Below, in pieces: positions 36,391-48,097 of a DNA stretch of 64,000 bases. Where the stretch lies: contig NC_047083.1 of assembly GCF_902459465.1 (NCBI RefSeq), forward strand, positions 930,001 to 994,000. The letters are read 5' to 3'. Positions within the stretch are counted from its first letter, which is position 1; every line of letters starts with the position of its first letter. The notes under the pieces were generated by a model. The model saw only the letters and a program-made list of their open reading frames with translations, had not been told where the DNA came from and did no database searches. The position numbers and the translations under genes are program-made. Origin of the DNA: Asterias rubens. Lineage: Eukaryota.

Positions 36391-36775
36391 GGGAAAAAGT
36401 ACATAAATGTATGGAGTCCAACTAGAGTAATAATTTAGCTTTAACATTTGTTGAGAACGTCCTTCCTCCATGGTTTTACTTACTCCAAGAACTATGCTAC
36501 ATGTATAGGTTCAGTCCGCTATCATCTTAACAGGGAGACCATAGCGGAACGACCCTCATAATTCTAGGAGAAGGTTTTACTTGCCAGCATAATCTTACTG
36601 ACTTTCATTCACAGAACTGACACTAAAGAGAAACTGTTTTTAGTTTTGTTGGTCTTTTTTTTCAGAAAGCATTTGTTAGAAGAGGAATTCTAGATCGTCA
36701 TTAGCAAGATGCTGAAGAGTAAAGATTTTATTGCATTTTTCGTGAAATTGTTTTGTCATTTTTTGTATTACAGAT

Positions 36776-38917
36776 ATGGATTCTCAAGAAAAGACATGTG
36801 ACCCACATGGAGCAAACTACTTGGAAGAAATGGAAAAACCTCAAATAACCCACACAGCCTTCCCAGTTGAGTCTGAGCTAAGAAAGCACCAAACAGTCCT
36901 CACCGAAGAGAAACCATTCATTTGTGATATTTGTGGAAAGATCTTCTCTCTCAAAGAGTCGCTGAAAGATCATCAACGGGTCCACACTGGAGAATTCTTT
37001 TTCATTGAACCTAAATTGGAAGCTCATGATGGTGTTGGTACCGAAGAGAAACCATTTGTTAGCGACATTTGTAAAAAAACTCTTGTTCGAAAAAAACCTC
37101 TTAAGACACAGTGGCTGAGAAGTCACAAAGGAGAGAAACAACTTGGTTGTGAAATTTGTGGAAAAGCGTTTGCTCGAAAAGGTGCCTTAAATAGGCACAT
37201 GCGAGTTCACAAAGGAGAGAAACAACGTGGTTGTGAAATTTGTGGAAAAGCGTTTGCTCGAAAAGGTGCCTTAAATAGGCACATGCGAGTTCACACTGGA
37301 GAGAAACCATTTGTTTGTGACATTTGTGGAAAAGCGTTTGCTCAAAAAGGTGTTCTAAATAGGCACATGGGTGTCAACACTGGAGAGAAACCATTCGGTT
37401 GTCAGAAACCTTTTGTTTGTGACAGTTGTGGAAAAGCATTTAATAAACAATGCCGTCTAAATGTACACATGCGAGTTCACACTGTAGAGAAATCTTTTGT
37501 TTGTGACATTTGTGGAAAAGCATTTGCTTTAAAGAGAGTTCTAAAGGTACACCAGCAAGTTCACACTGGAGAGAAACCATTTGTTTGTAAAATTTGTGGA
37601 AAAGCATTTGCTCAAAAAGGCGTACTAAATAGGCACATGGGTGTCAACACTGGAGAGAAACCATTCGGTTGTCAGAAACCTTTTGTTTGTGACAGTTGTG
37701 GAAAAGCATTTAATAAACAATGCCGTCTAAATGTACACATGCGAGTTCACACTGTAGAGAAATCTTTTGTTTGTGACATTTGTGGAAAAGCATTTGCTTT
37801 AAAGAGAGTTCTAAAGGTACACCAGCAAGTTCACACTGGAGAGAAACCATTTGTTTGTAAAATTTGTGGAAAAGCATTTGCTCAAAAAGGCGTACTAAAT
37901 AGGCACATGGGTGTCAACACTGGAGAGAAACCATTCGGTTGTCAGAAACCTTTTGTTTGCGACAGTTGTGGAAAAGCATTTAATAAACAATGCCGTCTAA
38001 ATGTACACATGCGAGTTCACACTGGAGAGAAATCTTTTCTTTGTGACATTTGTGGAAAAGCATTTGCTAGAAATTACGGTCTAATTTTACATATGCGAGT
38101 CCACACTGGAGAGAAATCATTTGTTTGTGCCATTTGTGGAAAAGTATTTGCTGAAAAAGGGGTTCTAAAGGAACACAAGCAGCAAGTCCACACTAGAGAA
38201 AGACCATTTGTTTGCGACGTTTGTGGAAAAGCATTTGTTTTTGAGAATAACCTTCTGAAACATCACCAAACTCACTCTAAAAATAAACCATCTGTTTGTG
38301 ATATTTGCGGGAAAGCATTTACTCGTAAGGGGAATCTTACGGAACATCTCAAAATTCACACTCTAGAGAAATCATTTGTTTGTGACTTTTGTGGAAAAGC
38401 ATTTACTTCCAAGCGTTATCTTAACGAACATCACAAAATGCACACTCTAGAGAAACCATTTGTTTGTGACATTTGTGGAAAAGCATATTTTTTCAAACGC
38501 TTGTTTAAGAGACACCAACAAGTCCACAGTGGAGAACAGCCATATGTTTGTGAAATTTGTGGGAAAGCATTTACTTATATAGCTTATCTTAATGGACATA
38601 AAAAAACTCACACTGTAGAGAGGTCATTTGTTTGCGACATTTGTGGAAAAGCATATACTTGTAAGCGTTATTTAACCGAACATCACAGATCTCACACTTT
38701 AGAGAAACCTTTTATTTGTCACATTTGTGGAAAAACATTTGTTCAAAAGAGCAGTCTAAGTACTCATTGTAGAATCCACACACGAAAGAAACCTTTTAGT
38801 TGCGACATTTGTGGAAAAGAATTTTCTCAAAAAGGGACTCTAACTAAACACCAGCTAATCCATGCTGGAGAAAAAGTTTTGTTTGTGATGAATACAAACA
38901 ATAAACAAAAACAATAA
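36776..38917 (+). CDS. C2H2 zinc-finger protein ZNF-A (713 aa, about 21 fingers, single coding exon)
   Basis: ORF with tandem CxxC...HxxxH fingers and TGEKP linkers. The ATG lies 2 nt after a polypyrimidine/TACAG acceptor ending at 36773. Confidence 0.9.
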   Translation: MDSQEKTCDPHGANYLEEMEKPQITHTAFPVESELRKHQTVLTEEKPFICDICGKIFSLKESLKDHQRVHTGEFFFIEPKLEAHDGVGTEEKPFVSDICKKTLVRKKPLKTQWLRSHKGEKQLGCEICGKAFARKGALNRHMRVHKGEKQRGCEICGKAFARKGALNRHMRVHTGEKPFVCDICGKAFAQKGVLNRHMGVNTGEKPFGCQKPFVCDSCGKAFNKQCRLNVHMRVHTVEKSFVCDICGKAFALKRVLKVHQQVHTGEKPFVCKICGKAFAQKGVLNRHMGVNTGEKPFGCQKPFVCDSCGKAFNKQCRLNVHMRVHTVEKSFVCDICGKAFALKRVLKVHQQVHTGEKPFVCKICGKAFAQKGVLNRHMGVNTGEKPFGCQKPFVCDSCGKAFNKQCRLNVHMRVHTGEKSFLCDICGKAFARNYGLILHMRVHTGEKSFVCAICGKVFAEKGVLKEHKQQVHTRERPFVCDVCGKAFVFENNLLKHHQTHSKNKPSVCDICGKAFTRKGNLTEHLKIHTLEKSFVCDFCGKAFTSKRYLNEHHKMHTLEKPFVCDICGKAYFFKRLFKRHQQVHSGEQPYVCEICGKAFTYIAYLNGHKKTHTVERSFVCDICGKAYTCKRYLTEHHRSHTLEKPFICHICGKTFVQKSSLSTHCRIHTRKKPFSCDICGKEFSQKGTLTKHQLIHAGEKVLFVMNTNNKQKQ

Positions 38918-39130
38918 TATTGAAATAACCATTATATAAAAACATTCCTTTATTTTACTCTCATCATTGTTAAAATGTTAAATTTAAAAAAACGCTGAGC
39001 AATTTGTGCATGTGGTTGATTCCTCACTACAATTTGATAACAAATTTTGAGTAAAAAGCCGTGGGCCTACACTCATGAAGCTGCTCAAAGACAATGTACA
39101 CTATTGTTGTGCTTAGCCTCTTTTGTGCTT

Positions 39131-39520
39131 TTAAAGACACTACTGGACACTATTGGTAATTGTCAAAGACCAGTCTTCTCACTTAGTGTATCTCAACATA
39201 TGCATAAAATAACAAACCTGTGAAAATTTGAGCTCAATTGTTGGTCGTCGAAGTTCGTGATAATAATGAAAGAAAAAACACCCCCTTGTCACAAGTTGTT
39301 ATGTGCTTTCACATGCTCGATCTCGAGACCTCAAATTCTAAATCTGAGGTCTTGAAATCAAATTGGTGTACTTAATTCTCAAAAATTACGTCAATTCAGA
39401 GGGAGGTGTTTGTCACAATGTTTTATACTACCAAAAGCTCCCCATTACTCAATACGAAGTAAGGTTTTATTCTTATAATCATATTTTGAGTAATTACCCA
39501 ATAGTGTCCACTGCATTTAA
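39131..39520 (+). mobile_element. K1 Kolobok-like MITE
   Basis: TTAA at both ends. Internal sequence matches the other K1 copies. Confidence 0.8.
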
Positions 39521-40473
39521 GCAGAAAATACTGCTTAAAAAATTCCTGCTTAGCCAAAATAACAAGATACCAGCCACTGATAGTACATTAGAGATATGAT
39601 TTCAGCTGGTAACCTTATTCCAGAAGTCAACATTTTGCTGTGGTTAGCCATGAAATTGGGCCCAGATAGGAAGTTCTAGGGCCCAAAAGCCTGATAGCAC
39701 AAAAACTTACTAAGCACAGAATATTATTGCTTAGCAAAAACAGGATATCAACCCAAACGTCATTCTGGCTGGTGCCTGACTCATTTTTTATATATATTTT
39801 AAGACCACTTCGTTCACTTGTGTACATGTTAACTTTTTTTCAAAAGTTGTTCATACATAGCTGTGAAATTTGTGTACATTGATTAAGATTGGAAAATAAA
39901 AGTTAGCTCATTAATTTTGAGGCACAGTCAAGCAAGTTGTTATTCAAAGTGTAGTTTTATTACCACCTGAGGGCAAGTAAGAACCACATTTTCGTAGACC
40001 TTATCACAAAATACTTGATGTGTGCTTGTTAGGCATGGAATGACATGCCTGCCGGGGTCAAGTTCATAGAGCTGCTAACTTTTACACATGTTACTGGCAA
40101 CAATTTCATGCCATATACATTGCTTGTAACTGGTATTTAGCTGTTGTTAACTTAGCATAACAATTGAGTGGAGTCTTGGCCGCTAATCTGATTTTACTAA
40201 GCAAGGATTTTTTTGCTTGAGCAAAATTTTGTGCTTCAGTAGCTCTATGAAATTGGACCCTGGTAGCTAGCGTTCATGTTTGATCGCTAACCACACCAGC
40301 ATACACCTCAAAGGGGCATTTGTGAAAAGGTCTATTGTGCAAAATTAGGAAAACAAACAGATTTTCAAAAGTTGTCACCATTGATTTAATTGAAAACACC
40401 TTAACATTTATTATGCACAATTCCATCAACATCATAGCGCACTAGAAAGAAATTAACATGGAAAAGGGGAGTC

Positions 40474-40836
40474 TTAAAGATCTGGACACTATTGGTAATT
40501 GTCAAGTCTTCTCACTTGCTGTATCTCAACATATGCATAAAATAATAAACCTGTGAAAATTTACTCAATCGGTCATCAAAGTTGCGAGATAATAATGAAA
40601 AAAACACCCTTGTCACAGGAAGTTGTGTGCTTTATGCTTGATTTCAAGACTTCAAATTCTAAATCTGAGGTCTCGAAATCAAATTCGTGGAAAATTATTT
40701 CTTTCCCAAAAACTAAGAGGGAGCCATTTCTCACAGTGTTTCAAACTGGTAACCTCTCTCCATTACTCATCACGCAAGTAAGGTTTAATGCTAATAACTA
40801 TTTTGAGTAATTACCAATAGTGTCCAGTGCCTTTAA
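40474..40836 (+). mobile_element. K1 Kolobok-like MITE
   Basis: TTAA at both ends. Confidence 0.8.
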
Positions 40837-41019
40837 AACAAAAAATTGAGGGGCTAAAATAAAACTGATCATGTGACTGTTGTTTACAACTTTGCAATAT
40901 CTGGAGGTGCAGCAATCCTAGAGTTAGCCCCTAAGGTCCCCAAAACAGGGTGGTGTGTTGTTGTTAAAAGAAAATTGTAACTAGGTGTTTTAGTCACCCC
41001 ACGAAACAGACAACAGTAA

Positions 41020-41172
41020 CCCCGCCCATCCCCTACTTGTTATTATTATTTTAATCTGAACTGTAGAGGGCGCTGTTTAATGCAAAACGGAGAGTTCGTC
41101 GGGATCGTACTCTCGATGGGTGATTTGGAAGCAGAAATTAACCTGAAGTTCTTGATTTTTAGAAGGGTATGT
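41020..41172 (+). promoter_or_regulatory. Putative promoter/first exon upstream of ZNF-B1..B4
   Basis: CCCCGCCC at 41020, TAGAGGGCG at 41064, donor GTATGT at 41167. Confidence 0.6.
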
Positions 41173-41914
41173 TTACATGTATATTGCTTTTTTAGTAACA
41201 ATGAAGTGTGTACTTTTCACAGTCTGTTGTTGGCAACATTTGACAAATTTTGTTTCGTTTCGTTAAAAATATAAAACTACTCTGTTTTCAGAGACGCTTT
41301 TGTTTGGTACTCGACTTCAATATGACTTGTTCGGTTTACTCTCTTAGTCTTACTGGATGGGTTTGACAACTCGTCCGATCCAGTGTGAGACAACTCGACA
41401 CAGTTATCAGTGACGTCCATCATGGAGTGCGTTTTGGCCACCCCAACCAAAAACTGTTTCGGTTGTTGGTCGTTGCGTTGGTTCTGCTGGATAACTTTCC
41501 ATATGGCGCCACCACTTTTTCACTAATTTGTACAAAAAGGGATATCTCATTGAGCTTGAGATAAATTAGATACTATTTTTTACTATATTATTTCATATCA
41601 AATGAAAAAGTGGTGGCGCCATACAGAAATTTTTCGTTCAGACTGAATGATAACCGAGTTGTGAGCTCGGTTACCGTTTTGGTTATGACGTCAGAAACAG
41701 TTTTTGGTTGGGGTCGCCAAAACGCACTCATGGCCTCCATGGATGGTGAGACCATGGTTGGAGGGTGAGACAACTTGACAAACTGCCATATAGCATATAA
41801 CTGTTTGACTAATTAATAATAATAATTATTATACAGTTTGCTATCTATTGTCCATTGACATTGTTGTGGAAAAGTACTTTCACGAACATGTCTTCTGATG
41901 ATCGATAGGAGCAT

Positions 41915-42991
41915 CACTCAGCTTGTCCACACTGGAGAGAAACGACCTCCATGGTTAGTGACAAGTTTGTGGTAAAAGAAAGTTTAGTTTTAAACTTCAA
42001 ACCTATCTTCATTCAGTTCAGACACGGGAGCTGAAACAACTTTTGATTGTAACATTTTGTGGAAAAGCTTTTGTGCATAAAATACACCCTTGCCTTAAAT
42101 ACCCGCCACCTGAGAGTTCAAACTGGAGAAAAACCATTTGTTTGTGACATTTGTGGGAAAGCATTTCTAAAATGAGCAACTTTAAGAAGTCACCAAAGAA
42201 ATAACACTGGAGAGATACAATTGGTTTGTGACATTTGTGGACCAGATTTTTCAACTGAAACAGCCTTATTCGTCACATGAGAACCTAGTTGCGATAATGT
42301 AACCCTCCTCCCGACGGCCGGAGGCTGGTGGCCGTCGGGAGGAGGGTTACGTTATTGCAACTAATGAGAACCCACACTTGAGAGAAACCATTTACTTGTG
42401 GAAAAGCATTTTCTCATAAAAAAAAAAAGTTTAACTGACCAATGAGTCCACACTTGGAGAGACACCATTTATTTGTGACATTTGTGGACAAGCGTTTTCT
42501 AAAAAGAGCAATTTAAGAAGTCACCAAAGAAACCACACTGGAGAAAAACCATTTGTTAGTGACATTTGTGGAACAGATTTTCAAGTAAAACCAGCCTCAT
42601 CTGCCACCTGAGAGTCCACACTGGAGAGAAACCATTTTGCTTGTGACATTTGCGGAAAAGCCTTTTCTCAGAAAAAAAGTCTAACTAACTGTCACAGAGT
42701 CCACACTGGCATGACTTGGAAGAGATCATTTGTCTGTGACATTTGCGGGAAAGACTTTTCACATAAGAACAGTCTTACTGACCATCACAGAGTCCACACT
42801 GGAGAGAAACCATTTGTATGTGACATTTGCGGAAAAGCCTTTTCACATATAAGAACAGTCTTACAGACCATCAAAGAGTCCACACTGGAGAGAAACCATT
42901 TTGTTGTGACTTTTGTGGGAAAGCAGTTCCTGTTAAGTCCCCCCTTACCTGACACATGAGAACCCACACTGGAGAGAAACCATTTGTGTAA
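41915..42991 (+). pseudogene. Decayed C2H2 zinc-finger array ZNF-B1
   Basis: Repeated CACACTGGAGAGAAACCATTTG linker DNA with many frameshifts and stops, plus a 78-bp hairpin insertion at 42286-42363. Ends at a TAA in the same context as ZNF-B2. The start is approximate. Confidence 0.85.
42286..42363. mobile_element. 78-bp hairpin MITE, TAG..CTA termini, 9-bp TSD ATGAGAACC
   Basis: 34-bp arms around a 10-nt loop. TSDs at 42277-42285 and 42364-42372. Confidence 0.85.
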
Positions 42992-43148
42992 ACTAGTAGT
43001 ACGAAGGACGTTGAGCGATGTGACAGTGTATAAGGGACTGCCGTGCGTTGATTTAATTTGACTGCCTTAAGCAAGGCTTAAAGGGACCATGAGCTTGTCA
43101 CTGTAAAGAACCCTTTTTTAAATACTGTTTTTGGAGAAGCGTTTTTCT

Positions 43149-45260
43149 ATGAGAACGTCTCTAGCCTGTTCACTGGACACTGGATATAACCACTTACAAA
43201 GTATGTTGTTTGTGACATAAGTGGAACAGGCGTTTATTTTGTATTTCAATTTGATTTTGATGATTACAGATTTGAATTTTCAGAAGACCATCGGCATATC
43301 CACACTGGAGAACAGAAGGATTGTTTGTGACATTTGCGAAGAAACCTTTTCACAGCAGCATGAAATGGCAGACCATAAGCCTGTCCACACTGGAGAGAAA
43401 CCATTTGTTTGTGACATTTGTGGGACAGATTTTTCACAGAAAACCAGCCTTATCCGTCACCTGAGAGTCCACACTGGAGAGAAACCATTTGCTTGTGAAA
43501 TTTGTGGGAAAGCATTTTCTCATAAAAACATTCTAATGAACCATCACAGAGTCCACACTGGAGAGAAACCATTTGCTTGTGACATTTGTGGAACAGATTT
43601 TTCAAGGAAAACCAGCCTCATCTGCCACCTGAGAGTCCACACTGGAGAGAAACCATTTGCTTGTGACATTTGCGGAAAAGCCTTTTCTCAGAGAAACAGT
43701 CTAACTGACCATCACAGAGTCCACACTGGAGAGAAACCATTTGCTTGTGACATTTGTGGGACAGATTTTTCACAGAAAACCAGCCTTATCCGTCACCTGA
43801 GAGTCCACACTGGAGAGAAACCATTTGCTTGTGAAATTTGTGGGAAAGCATTTTCTCATAAAAACATTCTAATGAACCATCACAGAGTCCACAATGGAGA
43901 GAAACCATTTGCTTGTGACATTTGTGGAACAGTTTTTTCAAGGAAAACCAGCCTCATCTCCCACCTGAGAGTCCACACTGGAGAAAAACCATTTGCTTGT
44001 GACATTTGCGGAAAAGCCTTTTCTCAGAAAAACAGTCTAACTGGCCATCACAGAATCCACACTGGAGAGAAACCATTTGCTTGTGACATTTGTGGGGCAA
44101 ATTTTTCACAGAAAACCAGCCTTATCCGTCACCTGAGAGTCCACACTGGAGAGAAACCATTTGCTTGTGAAATTTGTGGGAAAGCATTTTCTCATAAAAG
44201 CATTCTAACTGGTCATCACAGAGTCCACAATGGAGAGAATTCATTTGCTTGTGACATTTGTGGAACAGATTTTTCAAGGAAAACCAGCCTCATCTGTCAC
44301 CTGAGAGTTCACACTGGAGAGAAACCATTTGCTTGTGACATTTGGAGAAAAGCCTGTTCACATAAGAGCAGTCTTACTGACCATCACAGAGTTCACACTG
44401 GAGAGAAACCATCTGTTTGTGACATTTGCGGAAAAGCCTGTTCAAATAAGAACAGTGTTACTGACCATCACAGAGTCCACACTGGAGAGAAACCATTTGT
44501 ATGTGACATTTGCGGAAAAGCCTTTTCAAATAAGAGCAGTCTTACTGACCATCACAGAGTCCACACTGGAGAGAAACCATTTTGTTGTGATTTTTGTGGG
44601 AAAGCATTTCCTGTTATATCCTCCCTTACTCGACACATGAGAACCCACACTGGAGAGAAACCATTTTGTTGTGACTTTTGTGGGAAAGCATTTCCTGTTA
44701 ATTCCTCCCTTACCCGACACATGAGAACCCACACTGGAGAGAAACCATTTGTTTGTGACACTTGTGGGGAAGCCTTTTCACACAAGAGCAGTCTTACTGA
44801 CCATCACAGTGTCCACACCGGAGAGAAACCATTTTGTTGCGACTTTTGTGGGAAAGCATTTCCTGTTAAATCCTCTCTTACTCGACACATGAGAACCCAC
44901 ACTGGAGAGAAACCATTTGTTTGTGACACTTGTGGGGAAGCCTTTTCACAGAAGAGCAGTCTTACTGACCATCACAGTGTCCACACCGGAGAGAAACCAT
45001 TTTGTTGTGACTTTTGTGGGAAAGCATTTCCTGTTAAATCCTCTCTTACCCGACACATGAGAACCCACACCCGAGAGAAACCATTTGTTTGTGACACTTG
45101 TGGGGAAGCCTTTTCACAGAAGAGCAGTCTTACTGACCATCACAGTGTCCACACGGGAGAGAAACCATTTTGTTGTGACTTTTGTGGTAAAGCATTTCCT
45201 GTTAAATCCTCTTTTACCCGACACATGAGAACCCACACTGGAGAGAAACCATTTGTGTAA
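43149..45260 (+). CDS. C2H2 zinc-finger protein ZNF-B2 (about 23 fingers); proposed join(43149..43200,43270..45260)
   Basis: The long open ZF array is certain from 43272 to 45260. The 5' leader exon is inferred from ATG 43149, a GTATGT donor at 43201 and a TACAG acceptor ending at 43269 (phase 1, in frame). Confidence 0.8.
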
Positions 45261-45417
45261 ACTAGTAGTACGAAGGACGTTGAGCGATGTGACAGTGTAT
45301 AAGGGACTGCCGTGCGTTGATTTAATTTGACTGCCTTGAGCAAGGCTTAAAGGGACCATGAGCTTGTCACTGTAAAGAACCCTTTTTTAAATACTGTTTT
45401 TGGAGAAGCGTTTTTCT

Positions 45418-46686
45418 ATGAGAACGTCTCTAGCCTGTTCACTGGACACTGGATATAACCACTTACAAAGTATGTTGTTTGTGACATAAGTGGAACAGGC
45501 GTTTATTTTGTATTTCAATTTGATTTTGATGATTACAGATTTGAATTTTCAGAAGACCATCGGCATATCCACACTGGAGAACAGAAGGATTGTTTGTGAC
45601 ATTTGCGAAGAAACCTTTTCACAGCAGCATGAAATGGCAGACCATAAGCCTGTCCACACTGGAGAGAAACCATTTGTTTGTGACATTTGTGGGGCAGATT
45701 TTTCACAGAAAACCAGCCTCATCTGCCACCTGAGAGTCCACACTGGAGAGACACCATTTGTTTGTGACATTTGTGGAAAAGCATTTTTTAAAAAGAGCAA
45801 TTTAAGTAGTCACCAAAGAAGTCACACTGGAGAGAAACCATTTGCTTGTGACATTTGCGGAAAAGCGTTTTCTCATAAATGCAGTCTAACTGACCATCAC
45901 AGATTCCACACTGGAGAAAAAACAATTGTTTGTAAAATTTGTGGGAAAGCATTTTCTAAAAAGAGCAATTTAAGTAGTCACCAAAGAAGTCACACTGGAG
46001 AGAAACCATTTGTTTGTGACGTTTGTGGAAAAGCTTATTCGACTAAACGTGGAATGATAGACCATAAGCGTGTCCACACTGGAGAAAGACCATTTGTTTG
46101 TGTTATTTGTGGATTAGATTTTTCAAGTAAAAACACCCTGATTCGCCACATGAGAACCCACACTGGAAAGAAACCTTTTGCTTGTGAAATTTGTGGGAAA
46201 GCCTTTTCTTATAAAAGTAGTCTAACGGACCATCACAGAGTCCACACTGGAGAAAAACCATTTGCTTGTGACAGTTGTGGAAAAGCCTTTTCTAACAAAA
46301 AAAGTCTAACTGACCATCATAGAGTCCACACTGGAGAGAAACTATTTGTTTGTGACATTTGTGGAGTAGATTTTTCAAGGAACACCAGCCTTATTCGTCA
46401 CCTGACAGGCCACACTGGAGAGAAACCATTTGCTTGTGACATTTGTGGGAAAACATTTTCTCATAAAAACATTCTAATGAACCATTACAGAGTCCACACT
46501 GGAGAGAAACCATTTGCTTGTGACATTTGTGGAAAAGCCTTTTCTCACAAAAACAGTCTAACTAACCATCACAGAGTCCACACTGGAGAGAAACCATTTG
46601 TTTGTGACATCTGTGGGAAAGCATTTTCTCGAAAGGACTGTTTAAGTCTTCACCAGAGAATCCACTCTGGAGGAAAGTCATTGTGA
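45418..46686 (+). CDS. C2H2 zinc-finger protein ZNF-B3 (13 fingers); proposed join(45418..45469,45539..46686)
   Basis: Open ZF array. Its 5' region is near-identical to that of ZNF-B2 (offset 2269 bp). Degenerate finger DNA continues past the stop to about 46775. Confidence 0.8.
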
Positions 46687-47492
46687 GTGACATTTGTGAG
46701 AAGTTTGCCAGCCGTCAGAGATTCCACACTGGTGAGAAACCATTTTGTTTGTGATATTTGTTGGAAATGTCTCACACAAACACAGTTGCAATGTTCACTC
46801 TTAAAAAGACTCTCCTGTAAACCCGCACGTTTTTTGTGCGTAGTGTGTGTAATGTAACCGCACGACACATCCGTATACACTGTCACATCGCGCAACGCCC
46901 ATCGTATGACTACTACTGTAAACAAGTCATCTGCACTCATACCACTTCCCCCAAGTGAATAGTGTACGAACGTAGGTATCGCGACATGTCGTGTCAGTTG
47001 ATTTGATCACACCCGTTATGCACAGTATATGGGTGGGTTTTTACAGCGACGGTCTTTTTCGGAGTGAATAATTCGACTGCCTTGAGCTGGGCTTATAGGG
47101 AGCATGATTATGTCACTGAAGTGAACCCTATTTTTAATACTTTTTTTTTGAGAACCGTTTTTCTATGAAAACTTCACTAGAATGCCTATTTAATCAGCCT
47201 GTTCACCAACACACTAGAATAAACCACTTACAAAGTATGTTTTGTGACATAATTGAACAGCCTTTTTATACAAATGACCCTTGACATAATCAGCGTACTC
47301 ACGCTGGAAAACATCATTTATTTATTTTTTGTTATATTTATGTATTGATGGAAATTTGCCTCTGGAAAAAAAAAATATAATTTTGGTTTTGACCCATATA
47401 ATACATGTATACACAATGTGTGTTAGCATTGAATACTGAGTATTTTCTTGAGCTCTGTGAAAATAATCACAGATATATTACATTGTACATGG

Positions 47493-47556
47493 GTGGGATT
47501 AGAACCCACGACTTATGCAATTCTAAGCGTCTTATCAATTAGACCACCAAGATTGC
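47493..47556 (-). mobile_element. Degraded tRNA-like SINE head
   Basis: Minus strand shows A-box-like TGGTCTAATTG and B-box-like GGTTCTAATCC. Confidence 0.4.
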
Positions 47557-48097
47557 CCCGCTAGATAGAGGCAGTTCAAATCCTGTATTTTTAGCATCGG
47601 GTATTGCCACGATTTTGTTATTTTTAATTGCTTGCAAATCCTGTCGAAGAAATTTTCTTAACCACTGGCTCTTAGATATAAAGCATGAAGTGGTTAAAGG
47701 TTTAAGAGATAAGCTGCTCTCACTCCTATTGCTCTCACTCCTACGGTCCCATTTAATGGGGAGTAGAAGTTGGCCACCAGCAGTTCATGCGAGAACAGTG
47801 ATCTTGTGAGAGCAACATAACAACTCGACTATCTCACCGCGGCAGACCATTAACAACTTGTCTACGGAAAAGTACACGTATATTTGCAACTGCATTTTTA
47901 TAAGAAAACACTGGAGAAGCATTTCTGGCATTTGTGAATACAACTTGGGAACACATTTTAGCTCAGCAGGATTGTTTTGTGGTTGTTATGACTTTCCCAG
48001 GTTGGGATGATGTACAAAACAAATTGGTTTTCAAAATGTAATAATCATTCTCAAGTGGCATTTAACTTGTATTTCACTTTGATTTGGATGATTACAG

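Noticed and set aside
36081-36406. Two similar ORFs on opposite strands
   Set aside because: A mirror effect of the palindromic K2 foldback element.
36709-36773. Phase-1 micro-leader (ATG CTG AAG A|GTAAAG) for ZNF-A
   Set aside because: It would need a 55-nt intron with a weak donor, and ZNF-A has its own ATG.
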